DNA of 54,354 nucleotides from a virus (Duplodnaviria; Heunggongvirae; Uroviricota; Caudoviricetes): IMG/VR virus record IMGVR_UViG_2541047692_000008, positions 1 to 54,354 of that record; one strand, 5' to 3'. Shown piece by piece: positions 26,094 to 34,978 of this stretch (position 1 is its first letter; each line of letters starts with the position of its first letter). The notes under the pieces were generated by a model. It saw only the letters and a program-made list of their open reading frames with translations, ran no database searches and was not told where the DNA came from. The position numbers and the translations under genes were made by a program.

Positions 26094-26294
26094 ATGTTCG
26101 ACAGAATACGGGAGGCGTGCGCGTATGTGACCGGGGCCGTAACTGCTTTTTTCGGCGCGATAACCATTAATGATATTGCTGTCTTTGTGGGTATCTTATC
26201 AACCATAGGCACATTTGCCGTTAACTATTACTTCAAATCACAGGAGAACAAGCGAGCGCAAGAGGAACACGACGCGCGAATGGGGAATAAGTAA
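26094..26294 (+). CDS. Class II holin (phage 21 S21 pinholin-like)
   Basis: 66 aa, two transmembrane segments, charged C-terminus ...[23 protein letters not shown] resembling S21 as recalled; directly precedes SAR endolysin. Confidence 0.7.
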   Translation: MFDRIREACAYVTGAVTAFFGAITINDIAVFVGILSTIGTFAVNYYFKSQENKRAQEEHDARMGNK

Positions 26295-26295
26295 C

Positions 26296-26787
26296 ATGAT
26301 TAGCCAATCGCTGAAGAATAAAATTATTGCTGCGGCGGCTGGTGGGGCGATCGCTATTGCGGCTGTGATGGTTAAACCATTAGAGGGCGTGGAGTACGAT
26401 CCTTATCGTGATGTTATCGGTGTATGGACTGTTTGCTATGGTCACACCGGAAAAGACATCATGCTTGGTAAGACTTACACGCAATCAGAATGCGATACTT
26501 TGTTAAACAAAGATCTCCACAAAACCGCAAAAGCGATTAACCCATATATCAAAGTCGAAATATCAGATTTTACCCGCGCTGCGCTTTATTCATTCGCCTA
26601 TAACGTAGGCGCAACCAACTTCAAAACATCAACCTTATTAAAGCTACTCAATGACGGTAAGAAATCAGAGGCGTGCGCACAGCTTAAACGCTGGGTATAC
26701 GCTGGTGGTAAGAAGTGGCAAGGCCTGGTAAACCGCCGAGATGTTGAATATGCCGTTTGCGAATGGGGTGAAAAATGGACAAGGTGA
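26296..26787 (+). CDS. SAR endolysin (GH24 lysozyme, phage 21 R21-like)
   Basis: Track ORF 26215..26787; ATG at 26296 gives N-terminal signal-anchor-release segment [17 protein letters not shown] then [23 protein letters not shown]... lysozyme catalytic region. Confidence 0.85.
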   Translation: MISQSLKNKIIAAAAGGAIAIAAVMVKPLEGVEYDPYRDVIGVWTVCYGHTGKDIMLGKTYTQSECDTLLNKDLHKTAKAINPYIKVEISDFTRAALYSFAYNVGATNFKTSTLLKLLNDGKKSEACAQLKRWVYAGGKKWQGLVNRRDVEYAVCEWGEKWTR

Positions 26788-27245
26788 AGACGTTAATCAT
26801 CGCCGTTGTTGTTTGCATTATTGCCGGGCTGTCCGCCGTAACGTGTTATTACCAGGGTGAGGCGGCAAGGTTACAGGAAGAAGTCACGGTGACGAAAGGC
26901 GCACTAAAAACAGCAAGTAACACTATCCAGCAGATGAAGGAGCGAAACGCCGAACTGTCAAAACTTGATAAGAGGTATCACGATGAGATTAAAGCTATCA
27001 GATCTGACATTGCCGATCTGCGCACTGGCATTGATAACGGCACTATCAGGCTGCGCATCAACGCAATGCCCGTGCGAGTGTCTGACCCCGCCGGAACCGT
27101 CCGCGCCATTGATGGAGCCACCTGTAGACTCACTCCCGACGCTGAATCGGCTTATCTATCCCTCAGAGAACAACTAAAAACGAAAGACGCTCAGATCACT
27201 GGGCTTCAGGACTACATCAAAACTCAGTGCTTACGCAAAGAATAA
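26775..27245 (+). CDS. Rz-like inner-membrane spanin
   Basis: 156 aa; N-terminal TM helix then coiled-coil periplasmic domain; follows endolysin. Confidence 0.7.
   Translation: MDKVKTLIIAVVVCIIAGLSAVTCYYQGEAARLQEEVTVTKGALKTASNTIQQMKERNAELSKLDKRYHDEIKAIRSDIADLRTGIDNGTIRLRINAMPVRVSDPAGTVRAIDGATCRLTPDAESAYLSLREQLKTKDAQITGLQDYIKTQCLRKE
26983..27177 (+). CDS. Rz1-like outer-membrane lipoprotein spanin (embedded in Rz)
   Basis: [26 protein letters not shown] lipobox, proline-rich mature part; embedded in +1 frame of Rz; aagaggt RBS. Confidence 0.6.
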   Translation: MRLKLSDLTLPICALALITALSGCASTQCPCECLTPPEPSAPLMEPPVDSLPTLNRLIYPSENN

Positions 27246-27513
27246 CAGCGCGTGGACGTGTCGCCATTTCCGCCAGCCAGCCATAACCGGGACAATCCTT
27301 CCCGCGAGCGACGGCGGAAATTCAAAAACACGTAATACCGGATCAACAGTCCCATTAACAGGTCGGGCGCTACCTGGGTAGAAGAAAGCGCCATTCACCA
27401 ATTTTATAAAATTCTGGAAACGGTACTGATGAAGCGCCGTTCTCAGTGTTTTATGTCATTCCTGCCGCTGTATAAACAGGAAGTAAAAGCAAACCAGACA
27501 GGAGATTATTCTG

Positions 27514-28086
27514 ATGGCTAAGGCTAAAGGCATTAAGTTGCCTCAATTCAAAGTCCCGCTCTTTGAGCATACAACCGTTTTCTTTTGCCCGACCCGCGAG
27601 ATGTTCTATGAATTTTGCGAAAAGGCCGGAATACCAATCGAACCTGATTTCGAACTAGCTGGCGGTCTGACGTTAACCTGTACTGGTGAGACCGGCGGTA
27701 ATTTCTACGTGATCGCAGTATTCAACAATGAGACTGGAACGCTGGTCCATGAATGCGCTCACACTACATTCCACGTTTTAAGTGATGTAGGCGTCGTGGC
27801 GACCACTGATCCTACTCATCCTGCGAATGAGACTTACGCTTACATGGTTGGACGTATCTTTGACGCATTCTTCCCAATCCTGGCTGAATCAAACGAAGCA
27901 CAGATCACAGCGATGCAGGCGGCTGAAGTCGTTGAGCAGGCGTTAGAAAAGGCAGAGCAGGCGACTGATGCAGCAGAACAGGCAGAGGAGCCGAAAGAAG
28001 AGAAAAAACCAGCTAAGAAAGGCAAACGTAAGCCGAAAGCAAAAGAGGCGCTTGTACCGCGCGTTATGAGCTTTAAGAGAGGGTAA
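27514..28086 (+). CDS. Hypothetical protein with HExxH motif and Lys-rich tail (190 aa)
   Basis: LVHECAHTTFHV contains HExxH; C-terminus KEEKKPAKKGKRKPKAKE; no family recognised. Confidence 0.5.
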   Translation: MAKAKGIKLPQFKVPLFEHTTVFFCPTREMFYEFCEKAGIPIEPDFELAGGLTLTCTGETGGNFYVIAVFNNETGTLVHECAHTTFHVLSDVGVVATTDPTHPANETYAYMVGRIFDAFFPILAESNEAQITAMQAAEVVEQALEKAEQATDAAEQAEEPKEEKKPAKKGKRKPKAKEALVPRVMSFKRG

Positions 28087-28088
28087 TT

Positions 28089-28157
28089 ATGTTTACTTTT
28101 CTGTTAGGCGTATTTGTTGGCATAGCTGCCGCTGTGATCTTGATATACGGACATTGA
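28089..28157 (+). CDS. Mini-ORF 1 of array: 22 aa hydrophobic peptide
   Basis: MFTFLLGVFVGIAAAVILIYGH; RBS agagggtaatt before ATG. Confidence 0.35.
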   Translation: MFTFLLGVFVGIAAAVILIYGH

Positions 28158-28161
28158 TATT

Positions 28162-28266
28162 ATGGATGCTTACATCATCGCCGGATTAATCGGCGTTTCT
28201 GTGTTTCTTGTGGGTTCTATTATAGTTGCGCTGATAAACGTATATATCAAGTATTTGGTGGGGTGA
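28162..28266 (+). CDS. Mini-ORF 2: 34 aa hydrophobic peptide
   Basis: MDAYIIAGLIGVSVFLVGSIIVALINVYIKYLVG; weak RBS. Confidence 0.3.
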   Translation: MDAYIIAGLIGVSVFLVGSIIVALINVYIKYLVG

Positions 28267-28271
28267 AAAAT

Positions 28272-28346
28272 ATGATTGACCCGCTAATTATCCTTTCTGT
28301 CTGCGTCGCTGTATGGCTGGCGATCATGATACTCATTGAAAGCTGA
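28272..28346 (+). CDS. Mini-ORF 3: 24 aa hydrophobic peptide
   Basis: MIDPLIILSVCVAVWLAIMILIES; RBS ggggtgaaaaat. Confidence 0.35.
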   Translation: MIDPLIILSVCVAVWLAIMILIES

Positions 28347-28357
28347 AGGTATTCACC

Positions 28358-28432
28358 ATGAATATTTACGATCTCATCTGGTGGTCGTTGGTCGACGTCA
28401 TTATCTGTTTCTGGTGGAAGAATGTTGTATAG
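28358..28432 (+). CDS. Mini-ORF 4: 24 aa hydrophobic peptide
   Basis: MNIYDLIWWSLVDVIICFWWKNVV; RBS aaggt. Confidence 0.3.
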   Translation: MNIYDLIWWSLVDVIICFWWKNVV

Positions 28433-28440
28433 GTGACGGC

Positions 28441-28548
28441 ATGGATATATTCGAATTACTGGCGATTATGTGCGGGATGATGTTTTGCGTAGTAGCCGTA
28501 ATTATCATCATTGGTCTGGTTATAGGTAGTGTCAATGAACGCATATGA
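28441..28548 (+). CDS. Mini-ORF 5: 35 aa hydrophobic peptide
   Basis: MDIFELLAIMCGMMFCVVAVIIIIGLVIGSVNERI; RBS aggtgacggc; is the C-terminal part of track ORF 28336..28548. Confidence 0.4.
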   Translation: MDIFELLAIMCGMMFCVVAVIIIIGLVIGSVNERI

Positions 28549-28615
28549 GATGCTATTGCTGGTGGCTGTAGTTGTGGTTATTGCTGTGGACGTATACCGG
28601 GAGATGAAAAAATGA
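28535..28615 (+). CDS. Mini-ORF 6: 21-26 aa hydrophobic peptide
   Basis: MNAYEMLLLVAVVVVIAVDVYREMKK; alternative ATG at 28550. Confidence 0.3.
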   Translation: MNAYEMLLLVAVVVVIAVDVYREMKK

Positions 28616-28680
28616 AATGGCTTGATTTCTTTTTCCTGATCGTTGCGATTGTTTTTACCATGATCGCGTTAACTCAATAG
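28612..28680 (+). CDS. Mini-ORF 7: 22 aa hydrophobic peptide
   Basis: MKWLDFFFLIVAIVFTMIALTQ; RBS gggagatgaaaaa; ATGA overlap with previous stop. Confidence 0.35.
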   Translation: MKWLDFFFLIVAIVFTMIALTQ

Positions 28681-28688
28681 GTGAACGC

Positions 28689-28763
28689 ATGAATGCTATT
28701 GATATTATGTTGATCGTGTGTACCGTTGCGTTAATTATTATTGGGGTGATTATCAACGTCTGA
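28689..28763 (+). CDS. Mini-ORF 8: 24 aa hydrophobic peptide
   Basis: MNAIDIMLIVCTVALIIIGVIINV; RBS aggtgaacgc. Confidence 0.35.
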   Translation: MNAIDIMLIVCTVALIIIGVIINV

Positions 28764-28779
28764 CAGTGACTTCTTAATT

Positions 28780-28824
28780 ATGGCTATATGCACGTTGTTA
28801 GTCGTTATCGTTTTCTTCGCATAA
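28780..28824 (+). CDS. Mini-ORF 9: 14 aa hydrophobic peptide (doubtful)
   Basis: MAICTLLVVIVFFA; very short, weak RBS. Confidence 0.15.
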   Translation: MAICTLLVVIVFFA

Positions 28825-28833
28825 AGGTAAACA

Positions 28834-28917
28834 ATGAAAGAGCTGTTCGACTGGTTGGAAGTTTTAACATACTGCGCAAGTTTTGTAGCTTGCGTATATA
28901 TCATCAATAAATATTGA
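28834..28917 (+). CDS. Mini-ORF 10: 27 aa hydrophobic peptide
   Basis: MKELFDWLEVLTYCASFVACVYIINKY; RBS aaaggtaaaca. Confidence 0.35.
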   Translation: MKELFDWLEVLTYCASFVACVYIINKY

Positions 28918-28927
28918 GAGGTGAATT

Positions 28928-29443
28928 ATGGCCCGCACTAAAAAGGCAAATGCTGACGATAAAAAGCCAGCCGCAAAAAGGGTGGGCCGTCCGCATGGTT
29001 ATACAGAAGAAAAAGCGTTAGAGATCTGCGAACTGGTGGCGGACGGTCAGAGCATTAACAAAATATCTAAAATGCCTGGTATGCCTACCCGTTCCACAAT
29101 TCTGAAATGGTTTAGGGATGTACCGGAATTCTCGATCATGTACGCGCGCGCGAAGGAAATCGGCTTCGAGGTGTTGGCTGATGAAATCATCGATCTGGCT
29201 GATGCCGCAGAGAACGCAGATAAGGACCAATTGCGCCGCCATCAACTGATGATTGAGACACGCAAGTGGCTACTGGCAAAACTCCAGCCGCGCAAATACG
29301 GCGAACGCGTCACACAGGAGATCGTCGGTAACAAGGAAGAAGCACCCGTCCAGGTAGAAGTAAATCAGACTACTGTCCTTGAGATAATCGATAACCTGAA
29401 TAAGGAGTACAATACTCATGGAGACTGCGACGACAAAGATTGA
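28928..29443 (+). CDS. Terminase small subunit
   Basis: 171 aa with HTH-like N-terminal region; strong RBS gagaggtga; immediately upstream of and overlapping the large subunit. Confidence 0.65.
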   Translation: MARTKKANADDKKPAAKRVGRPHGYTEEKALEICELVADGQSINKISKMPGMPTRSTILKWFRDVPEFSIMYARAKEIGFEVLADEIIDLADAAENADKDQLRRHQLMIETRKWLLAKLQPRKYGERVTQEIVGNKEEAPVQVEVNQTTVLEIIDNLNKEYNTHGDCDDKD

Positions 29444-30932
29444 CAGAGAGGTTCTAAGGGGGTTGTGTGTTAAAGGTTGTGCTCCCAAAGACATATCAGC
29501 ACCTTTGTTTTTTAGTTCCTACTTTTATAAGCAACAGGTTGGCAAGGACTTTTTGGTTGGGCGTCATCACAGAATAATTGCCGATACGCTACAACGAGTT
29601 ATTAATGGTGAAATCACCAGGTTGATAATCAACATCCCACCGGGCTATGGCAAAACAATGATTGCCACAATTCACATGATGGCCCGCTGCCTCGCAATAG
29701 AACCCCGCACCAGATTCCTGCATGTATCGTATTCACACGGACTCGCCTTGCTTAATTCCTCAGAGACAAGAAACATAATCACGATGCCGCAATATCAGGA
29801 ATTGTGGCCTATGCAAATGCGCAACGATTCGAACGCGAAAAACCTGTGGTGGACCACTCAGGGTGGCGGCGTGTATGCGACGTCATCGCTTGGACAGGTG
29901 ACAGGGTTCCGCGCCGGGTACATGGAACCTGGGTTTAACGGCGCAATGATTATTGATGACCCCCTGAAACCAGCTGACGCTTATTCTGATGTGGTGCGAA
30001 AGCAGGTTAATACCAATTACAACGACACGCTTTCTTCGCGCCTGGCTGTGCAAACAACGCCAGTGATCGTCATCATGCAGCGTATCCACTACGATGATTT
30101 ATCCGGCTACCTGTTACGTGGCGGTAGTGGTGAGAAATGGCATCACCTTTGCCTGCCAGTGAAGATCGACAACAGTCTTGACTATTGGGATCTGTACCCG
30201 GAAAACAAATTTGCTATTCCTGTTCCTCACAACCTGCCGGATGGCTGGCTATGGTTGCATAAGCATAGTGATAAAGATGAATCAACTCTTAAATCACATC
30301 GCCGAACATTCGAAGCTCAATATATGCAGTGTCCGCGCAAGTTCGATCAAGAGGGCGCATTGTGGACTGAAGCGATGATAACCGCCGCGCACAGGATGCA
30401 GATAACGCAGGAGAAAATTCGCACGGTGATAGCCATCGACCCGGCGACAACATCATCTGATGAGTCAGACGAAACAGGGATTGTAGCCTGTTCCGCTTAT
30501 GGTGGTGGCAAGAATGCTCAGTATTCAGTAGACGGTGACTACTCAGGACGCATGTCACCTAATGACTGGGCGCAAGCAGCAATGAACGCCTACAACATCC
30601 ATGAAGCTGACGCGATGGTTATCGAAACCAACCAGGGTGGTGATATGGCAGAGGCCACGCTACGTAACGCCGGATTCAAAGGCCGCATTGTTAAGGTGCA
30701 CGCAAGCAAGGGTAAATTCGCCCGCGCCGAGCCAATATCGGCACTGTATGCACAAGGAAGGGTGGCCCACACAGGCAGCCTGTACACGCTGGAAAATCAA
30801 ATGATGGAATACGTGCCAGCTACCGCTAAAAAATCACCTGACCGCCTCGACGCTATGGTGTGGGGTATCACTGAATTAAGCCAGCCACAGGCAATGGGCC
30901 TTATGTTACCTAAGCGCCTGCGCGGATTTTAA
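29418..30932 (+). CDS. Terminase large subunit
   Basis: 504 aa; Walker A-like PPGYGKTMIA, Walker B-like MIIDDP, C-terminal nuclease-like region; aaggag RBS. Confidence 0.85.
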   Translation: METATTKIDREVLRGLCVKGCAPKDISAPLFFSSYFYKQQVGKDFLVGRHHRIIADTLQRVINGEITRLIINIPPGYGKTMIATIHMMARCLAIEPRTRFLHVSYSHGLALLNSSETRNIITMPQYQELWPMQMRNDSNAKNLWWTTQGGGVYATSSLGQVTGFRAGYMEPGFNGAMIIDDPLKPADAYSDVVRKQVNTNYNDTLSSRLAVQTTPVIVIMQRIHYDDLSGYLLRGGSGEKWHHLCLPVKIDNSLDYWDLYPENKFAIPVPHNLPDGWLWLHKHSDKDESTLKSHRRTFEAQYMQCPRKFDQEGALWTEAMITAAHRMQITQEKIRTVIAIDPATTSSDESDETGIVACSAYGGGKNAQYSVDGDYSGRMSPNDWAQAAMNAYNIHEADAMVIETNQGGDMAEATLRNAGFKGRIVKVHASKGKFARAEPISALYAQGRVAHTGSLYTLENQMMEYVPATAKKSPDRLDAMVWGITELSQPQAMGLMLPKRLRGF

Positions 30933-30960
30933 AAAACATCTCACAATCCATCACGAATTT

Positions 30961-30990
30961 TTCTATTTTTCGCGTAGCAACGCGTAAACA
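30961..30990. promoter_or_regulatory. Conserved 30-mer (copy 1) upstream of portal gene
   Basis: ttctatttttcgcgtagcaacgcgtaaaca; 26/30 identical to 43232-43261. Confidence 0.5.
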
Positions 30991-31010
30991 TGCATTCAGG
31001 AGTAAACATT

Positions 31011-32384
31011 ATGCCATCCAATTTAGAATTGGCGGTTAATGCTGCCTTGTCACAACGTCAGGCGGCCTTTGCACGCTATGCCGCCGCGCATCCTTTCTCA
31101 ATGGGTATTGATGCAAAGCGTGATGCTGCGTGGAGTGAATACGGATTCAAAGAAGAAATCACCTATGCCGATTTATACAAACTGTATCGTCGCGGTGGTA
31201 TCGCTCACGGTGCTATTGAGAAGATCATCACTACGTGCTGGCGCACCAGGCCAACGCTGATCGAAGGTACGGAAGACGAGAAAGCAAAAAAGGAAACGCC
31301 GTGGGAAAGAGAAATCAAAAAACGATTTGATAATCGTTTCTGGCGCGTCATAGCTGAATGCGATCGCCGCCGCCTCATTGGTCGTTATGCTGGCCTGTTA
31401 ATTCACGTCAGGGATAACCAGCCGTGGGATCAGCCAGTGACGAAAGGTGTAGGCATTGCCAAATTTACCCCTGTATGGGCTGGTGCTCTTACACCGAAGG
31501 ACTTCGAAGAAGATCCGGAAAGTGAAAGCTATGGCCTGCCGACATGGTGGGAATACAAGGAGCGCATTAACAGTAAGACCATAGCAAGAAAGATACATCC
31601 AGATCGCATATTTATCTTCGGTGATTATTCTGATGATGCCATCGCTTTCCTTGAGCCGTCCTATAACGCTTTTGTATCGCTGGAGAAAGTGGAAGGCGGT
31701 AGCGGTGAATCCTTTCTGAAAAACGCAGCGCGTCAACTAGCTATCTCATTCGACAAAGAGATTGATTTCCGTTCCCTGGCTGCGACATACGGTTGCGACG
31801 TTACAGAGCTGCGCGAAAAATTCAATGAAGCGGCAGAGGATATAAACAAAGGGAATGATGTGATGATGGCATTACAGGGAGCTACCGTTAGCCCGCTGGT
31901 TACTGCCGTGGCGGATCCATCAGCTACCTATGACGTCAACCTGCAAACCGCCGCCGCTGGTATCGACATTCCAACGCGTATCCTGGTTGGGAATCAGCAG
32001 GGTGAGCGTGCATCAACCGAAGACCTCCGCTACTTCAATAACCGCTGTATGACCCGCCGGGAGGAAATAGGAGGCGAGCTTGAGGAACTATTCCGCAAGA
32101 TGGCAGATCTCCGCCTTATCAGTATGCCAGTCGACGTGTCGGTACTGTGGGACGACCTTAACGCCATGACGAAAGCCGAGCTACTCGACGCGGCATACAA
32201 AATGGCGCAAATCAATCAGGCATGTCTCGCCACAGGTGAACAAGTATTCGACGGTGACGAGATCCGCGAGGCTGCCGGGTATGAAGGGCCAACGCAGGAA
32301 GTAGAACTGGACGACGAGGAAAACGACAATGAAGGTGAAGAAAATAATCAGGCGAATACCTCCAGCCGCGATAATGCCATCTAA
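31011..32384 (+). CDS. Portal protein (by position and size)
   Basis: Track ORF 30990..32384; ATG at 31011 preceded by caggagtaaacatt RBS; acidic C-terminus; follows terminase large subunit. Confidence 0.6.
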   Translation: MPSNLELAVNAALSQRQAAFARYAAAHPFSMGIDAKRDAAWSEYGFKEEITYADLYKLYRRGGIAHGAIEKIITTCWRTRPTLIEGTEDEKAKKETPWEREIKKRFDNRFWRVIAECDRRRLIGRYAGLLIHVRDNQPWDQPVTKGVGIAKFTPVWAGALTPKDFEEDPESESYGLPTWWEYKERINSKTIARKIHPDRIFIFGDYSDDAIAFLEPSYNAFVSLEKVEGGSGESFLKNAARQLAISFDKEIDFRSLAATYGCDVTELREKFNEAAEDINKGNDVMMALQGATVSPLVTAVADPSATYDVNLQTAAAGIDIPTRILVGNQQGERASTEDLRYFNNRCMTRREEIGGELEELFRKMADLRLISMPVDVSVLWDDLNAMTKAELLDAAYKMAQINQACLATGEQVFDGDEIREAAGYEGPTQEVELDDEENDNEGEENNQANTSSRDNAI

Positions 32385-33270
32385 CACCGAAGACCCGACC
32401 ATGACAGGGAGGTTGAGGTCTGGCGCTATTAAGCGTTTCAAATCCTGCCTGAAAAAAGTAGCCGATCCATATATCGCCATACTGGACAAAATACAATATA
32501 GCCTGGCTGTTAATAAGAAATATACCTTCCAGATTTACATGGATGAATTGCACGACATGCTGGAGGACGCCAGCGACATGATTGATGAGATATTCGAGCT
32601 AACCGACCCGGAAAGTTTTTGGTTCTGGCAGGAATACGTGAAGGTCGCGTATCTGCGAGGCACGGCACAGGAATACGCCAACCTTGCTAACCAGTCTGTC
32701 ACGTACTCAAGCGTTTATCCCGATGTATCTGCCGTGTTATCCAGTACAACTTACCGAACACGCCTTGCTCTGGTCCGTACCCGTGTATTTGAGGAAATGC
32801 GCGGGCTGACCGCACAGATCAAAAAGGATATGGCCCGGCGATTAACTGAAGGCATGGCCCGTGGTTTAAACCCACTGGAAATAGCGCGCACATTGAATCA
32901 GGAGACGCAATTACCGCTATACAGGTGTAAACGTATTGCTCGAACTGAAATATGCACAGCGTTACGCACAGCGCGTATGGATGAGGCAGAAGCGGCGACA
33001 GAAGAATTTAATCTGCGCACTATGCAAATGCATATTTCGGCATTATCACCGACTACCAGGCTATCGCACGCGCAGCGGCACGGTAAAACATACACCATAG
33101 ATGAGCAGCGCGAATGGTGGAGTAGATCCCCTAATTCAATTAACTGCAAATGTAGCACGATTACCGTATTAGTTGACGAAGACGGTAACATATTAAACGA
33201 ACGAATATTAGATCGGGCGCAAGAAAACTATAAAGTTGCGCACGCTAAATATGGCGAAGATTGGGAGTAA
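32374..33270 (+). CDS. Head morphogenesis protein (Mu F / SPP1 gp7-like)
   Basis: ...IARTEICTALRTARMDEAEAA...HISALSPTTRLSHAQRHG... pattern of Mu F-family minor head proteins; start uncertain (32374 or 32401). Confidence 0.6.
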   Translation: MPSNTEDPTMTGRLRSGAIKRFKSCLKKVADPYIAILDKIQYSLAVNKKYTFQIYMDELHDMLEDASDMIDEIFELTDPESFWFWQEYVKVAYLRGTAQEYANLANQSVTYSSVYPDVSAVLSSTTYRTRLALVRTRVFEEMRGLTAQIKKDMARRLTEGMARGLNPLEIARTLNQETQLPLYRCKRIARTEICTALRTARMDEAEAATEEFNLRTMQMHISALSPTTRLSHAQRHGKTYTIDEQREWWSRSPNSINCKCSTITVLVDEDGNILNERILDRAQENYKVAHAKYGEDWE

Positions 33271-33275
33271 AAACC

Positions 33276-34547
33276 GTGAGTAAAGAACTGATTCAGGTTA
33301 ATACCAAATTAACCGCTAATACCATACGCCGGGAAACTTATAACGGACGCGAGCACATTGTTGTGCCATCATATACGCTGCCATTCAATATCGTTATGAA
33401 TCGTGAATATTACCCGGAAGCTGAAATTATCGCTAATTACCAGTCACTGGAGGGGACACTCGCCCCGCTGGGTCATCCTACCGTTGACGGTAAATTTGTT
33501 TCCGCATTTAGCCCGGAAGGATTGAACACCGGGTTTTGTGGAGCGTGGAACAGAAACGTTGAATTACGCGGCAATCGTGTTTATGTGGAAAAATGGGTGG
33601 ATATTGAAACAGCCAGCCATTCAGAACAGGGGCGTGAATTATTAACCCGACTGGAAGCACTGGAGAAAGGAGAAAGCAAAGATCCTATCTGGTCGTCCGT
33701 CGCTGTATATCGTCAGCGTATGCCAGCTACTGAAGAGATGAAAGCCCAGGGCGCTGACCATGTAGTAAAAATTATGTCGATCGACCATGACGCTATTTTG
33801 CTGCATGAGCCGCCAGCCGCATCACCTGAACAGGGTGTAGGGTTGATGGTTAATACTGACCAGGCGAAACCGTTAATGGCGGTGGCAATGAAAGAAAACA
33901 GTTACCGTACGCTTGAGAAACAATTAACCGACGCGGCGCGTGAATTATTTCCTGATGCCGATTACGTGTATGTGGTGGACTTCACTGATAAAGAAGTGAC
34001 GATCGCCACTAATACAGAAAGTGCTCAAGTTTGCGCATATGAAAAACAGGTTGATAAAATTATTCTCAATAATGGCGAGCTTGCAACCAACGAGGAAAGT
34101 AAATCCTGGTTTACGCAGTTCGCTGAACACCTTTCTAATCTTTTCTCCCTGAATGAAAAAATTAAGGCCAATAAATCGGAGGACGATCCCATGCCTTTGA
34201 CCAAAGAAGAACGCGCCGAACTGGTAAAAGAAATTAACGAAGGCTTATCCGCCAATATCGCTAATGCAGTAGCAGAGGCATTAAAACCAGTACAGGCAAG
34301 CGTTGAAGAATTACAGACCAATCAGAAAGCGATTAAAGAAGAGATCGCAGCAAACGCAAATAAAGAAGAAGCAGAAAAACGCGCCGCAGTAGCAAAAGTA
34401 CACGGCGAAATTGTTGCTAACGCATTAAGTGGTGAAGCGTTAGACGCAATGTTTAAATCCCTGGGTAAAGCAGCACCAATGGCAGCAAACTCAGCCGCTG
34501 GTGGAAATAAACCTGCCACCCCTGACATTAACAACTATTTCGCATAA
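33276..34547 (+). CDS. Head scaffolding or prohead-processing protein candidate
   Basis: Track ORF starts TTG 33261; GTG at 33276 follows gggag RBS; C-terminal coiled-coil rich in A/E/K; position between Mu F-like gene and capsid genes. Confidence 0.45.
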   Translation: MSKELIQVNTKLTANTIRRETYNGREHIVVPSYTLPFNIVMNREYYPEAEIIANYQSLEGTLAPLGHPTVDGKFVSAFSPEGLNTGFCGAWNRNVELRGNRVYVEKWVDIETASHSEQGRELLTRLEALEKGESKDPIWSSVAVYRQRMPATEEMKAQGADHVVKIMSIDHDAILLHEPPAASPEQGVGLMVNTDQAKPLMAVAMKENSYRTLEKQLTDAARELFPDADYVYVVDFTDKEVTIATNTESAQVCAYEKQVDKIILNNGELATNEESKSWFTQFAEHLSNLFSLNEKIKANKSEDDPMPLTKEERAELVKEINEGLSANIANAVAEALKPVQASVEELQTNQKAIKEEIAANANKEEAEKRAAVAKVHGEIVANALSGEALDAMFKSLGKAAPMAANSAAGGNKPATPDINNYFA

Positions 34548-34557
34548 GAGGTGAATT

Positions 34558-34959
34558 ATGGCCCGTTTTCGTCGTGTAAATATTGACGGCAAATCCGTTA
34601 CTGAAACAGCAGTATCTGCCGCAGCACTTAAGCCGGGTACTCCGGTAAAAATGGCGTCTGGTAAATTCGCTGCCGCAACTGATACCACAGGACGTATTTA
34701 TGTTGTTAACCCGGCATACCATGAAGGTTTAGGCATTGAAGATGCGATCCCGGTTGGTCATTCCGTGGTTGCTGACTACGCAGAAGAAGGACGTGAATTT
34801 GCGATTCTGCTTCCTGAAGGTGCTTACACCAAAGACGCTGCCATCACCATTGGTGAAGGTGGCTTTAAATTGGTTACATCTGATGAACCTGTTTTCGCTT
34901 TCTGCCAGGAAACTGTAACCCTTGAAGCGGCTGATTTTGTACGTGTCCGCGTTGCATAA
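34558..34959 (+). CDS. Capsid-associated protein (possible decoration protein)
   Basis: 133 aa; very strong RBS aagaggtgaatt; immediately upstream of the major capsid gene. Confidence 0.4.
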   Translation: MARFRRVNIDGKSVTETAVSAAALKPGTPVKMASGKFAAATDTTGRIYVVNPAYHEGLGIEDAIPVGHSVVADYAEEGREFAILLPEGAYTKDAAITIGEGGFKLVTSDEPVFAFCQETVTLEAADFVRVRVA

Positions 34960-34978
34960 TAATAAGAGGTGAAAAACT

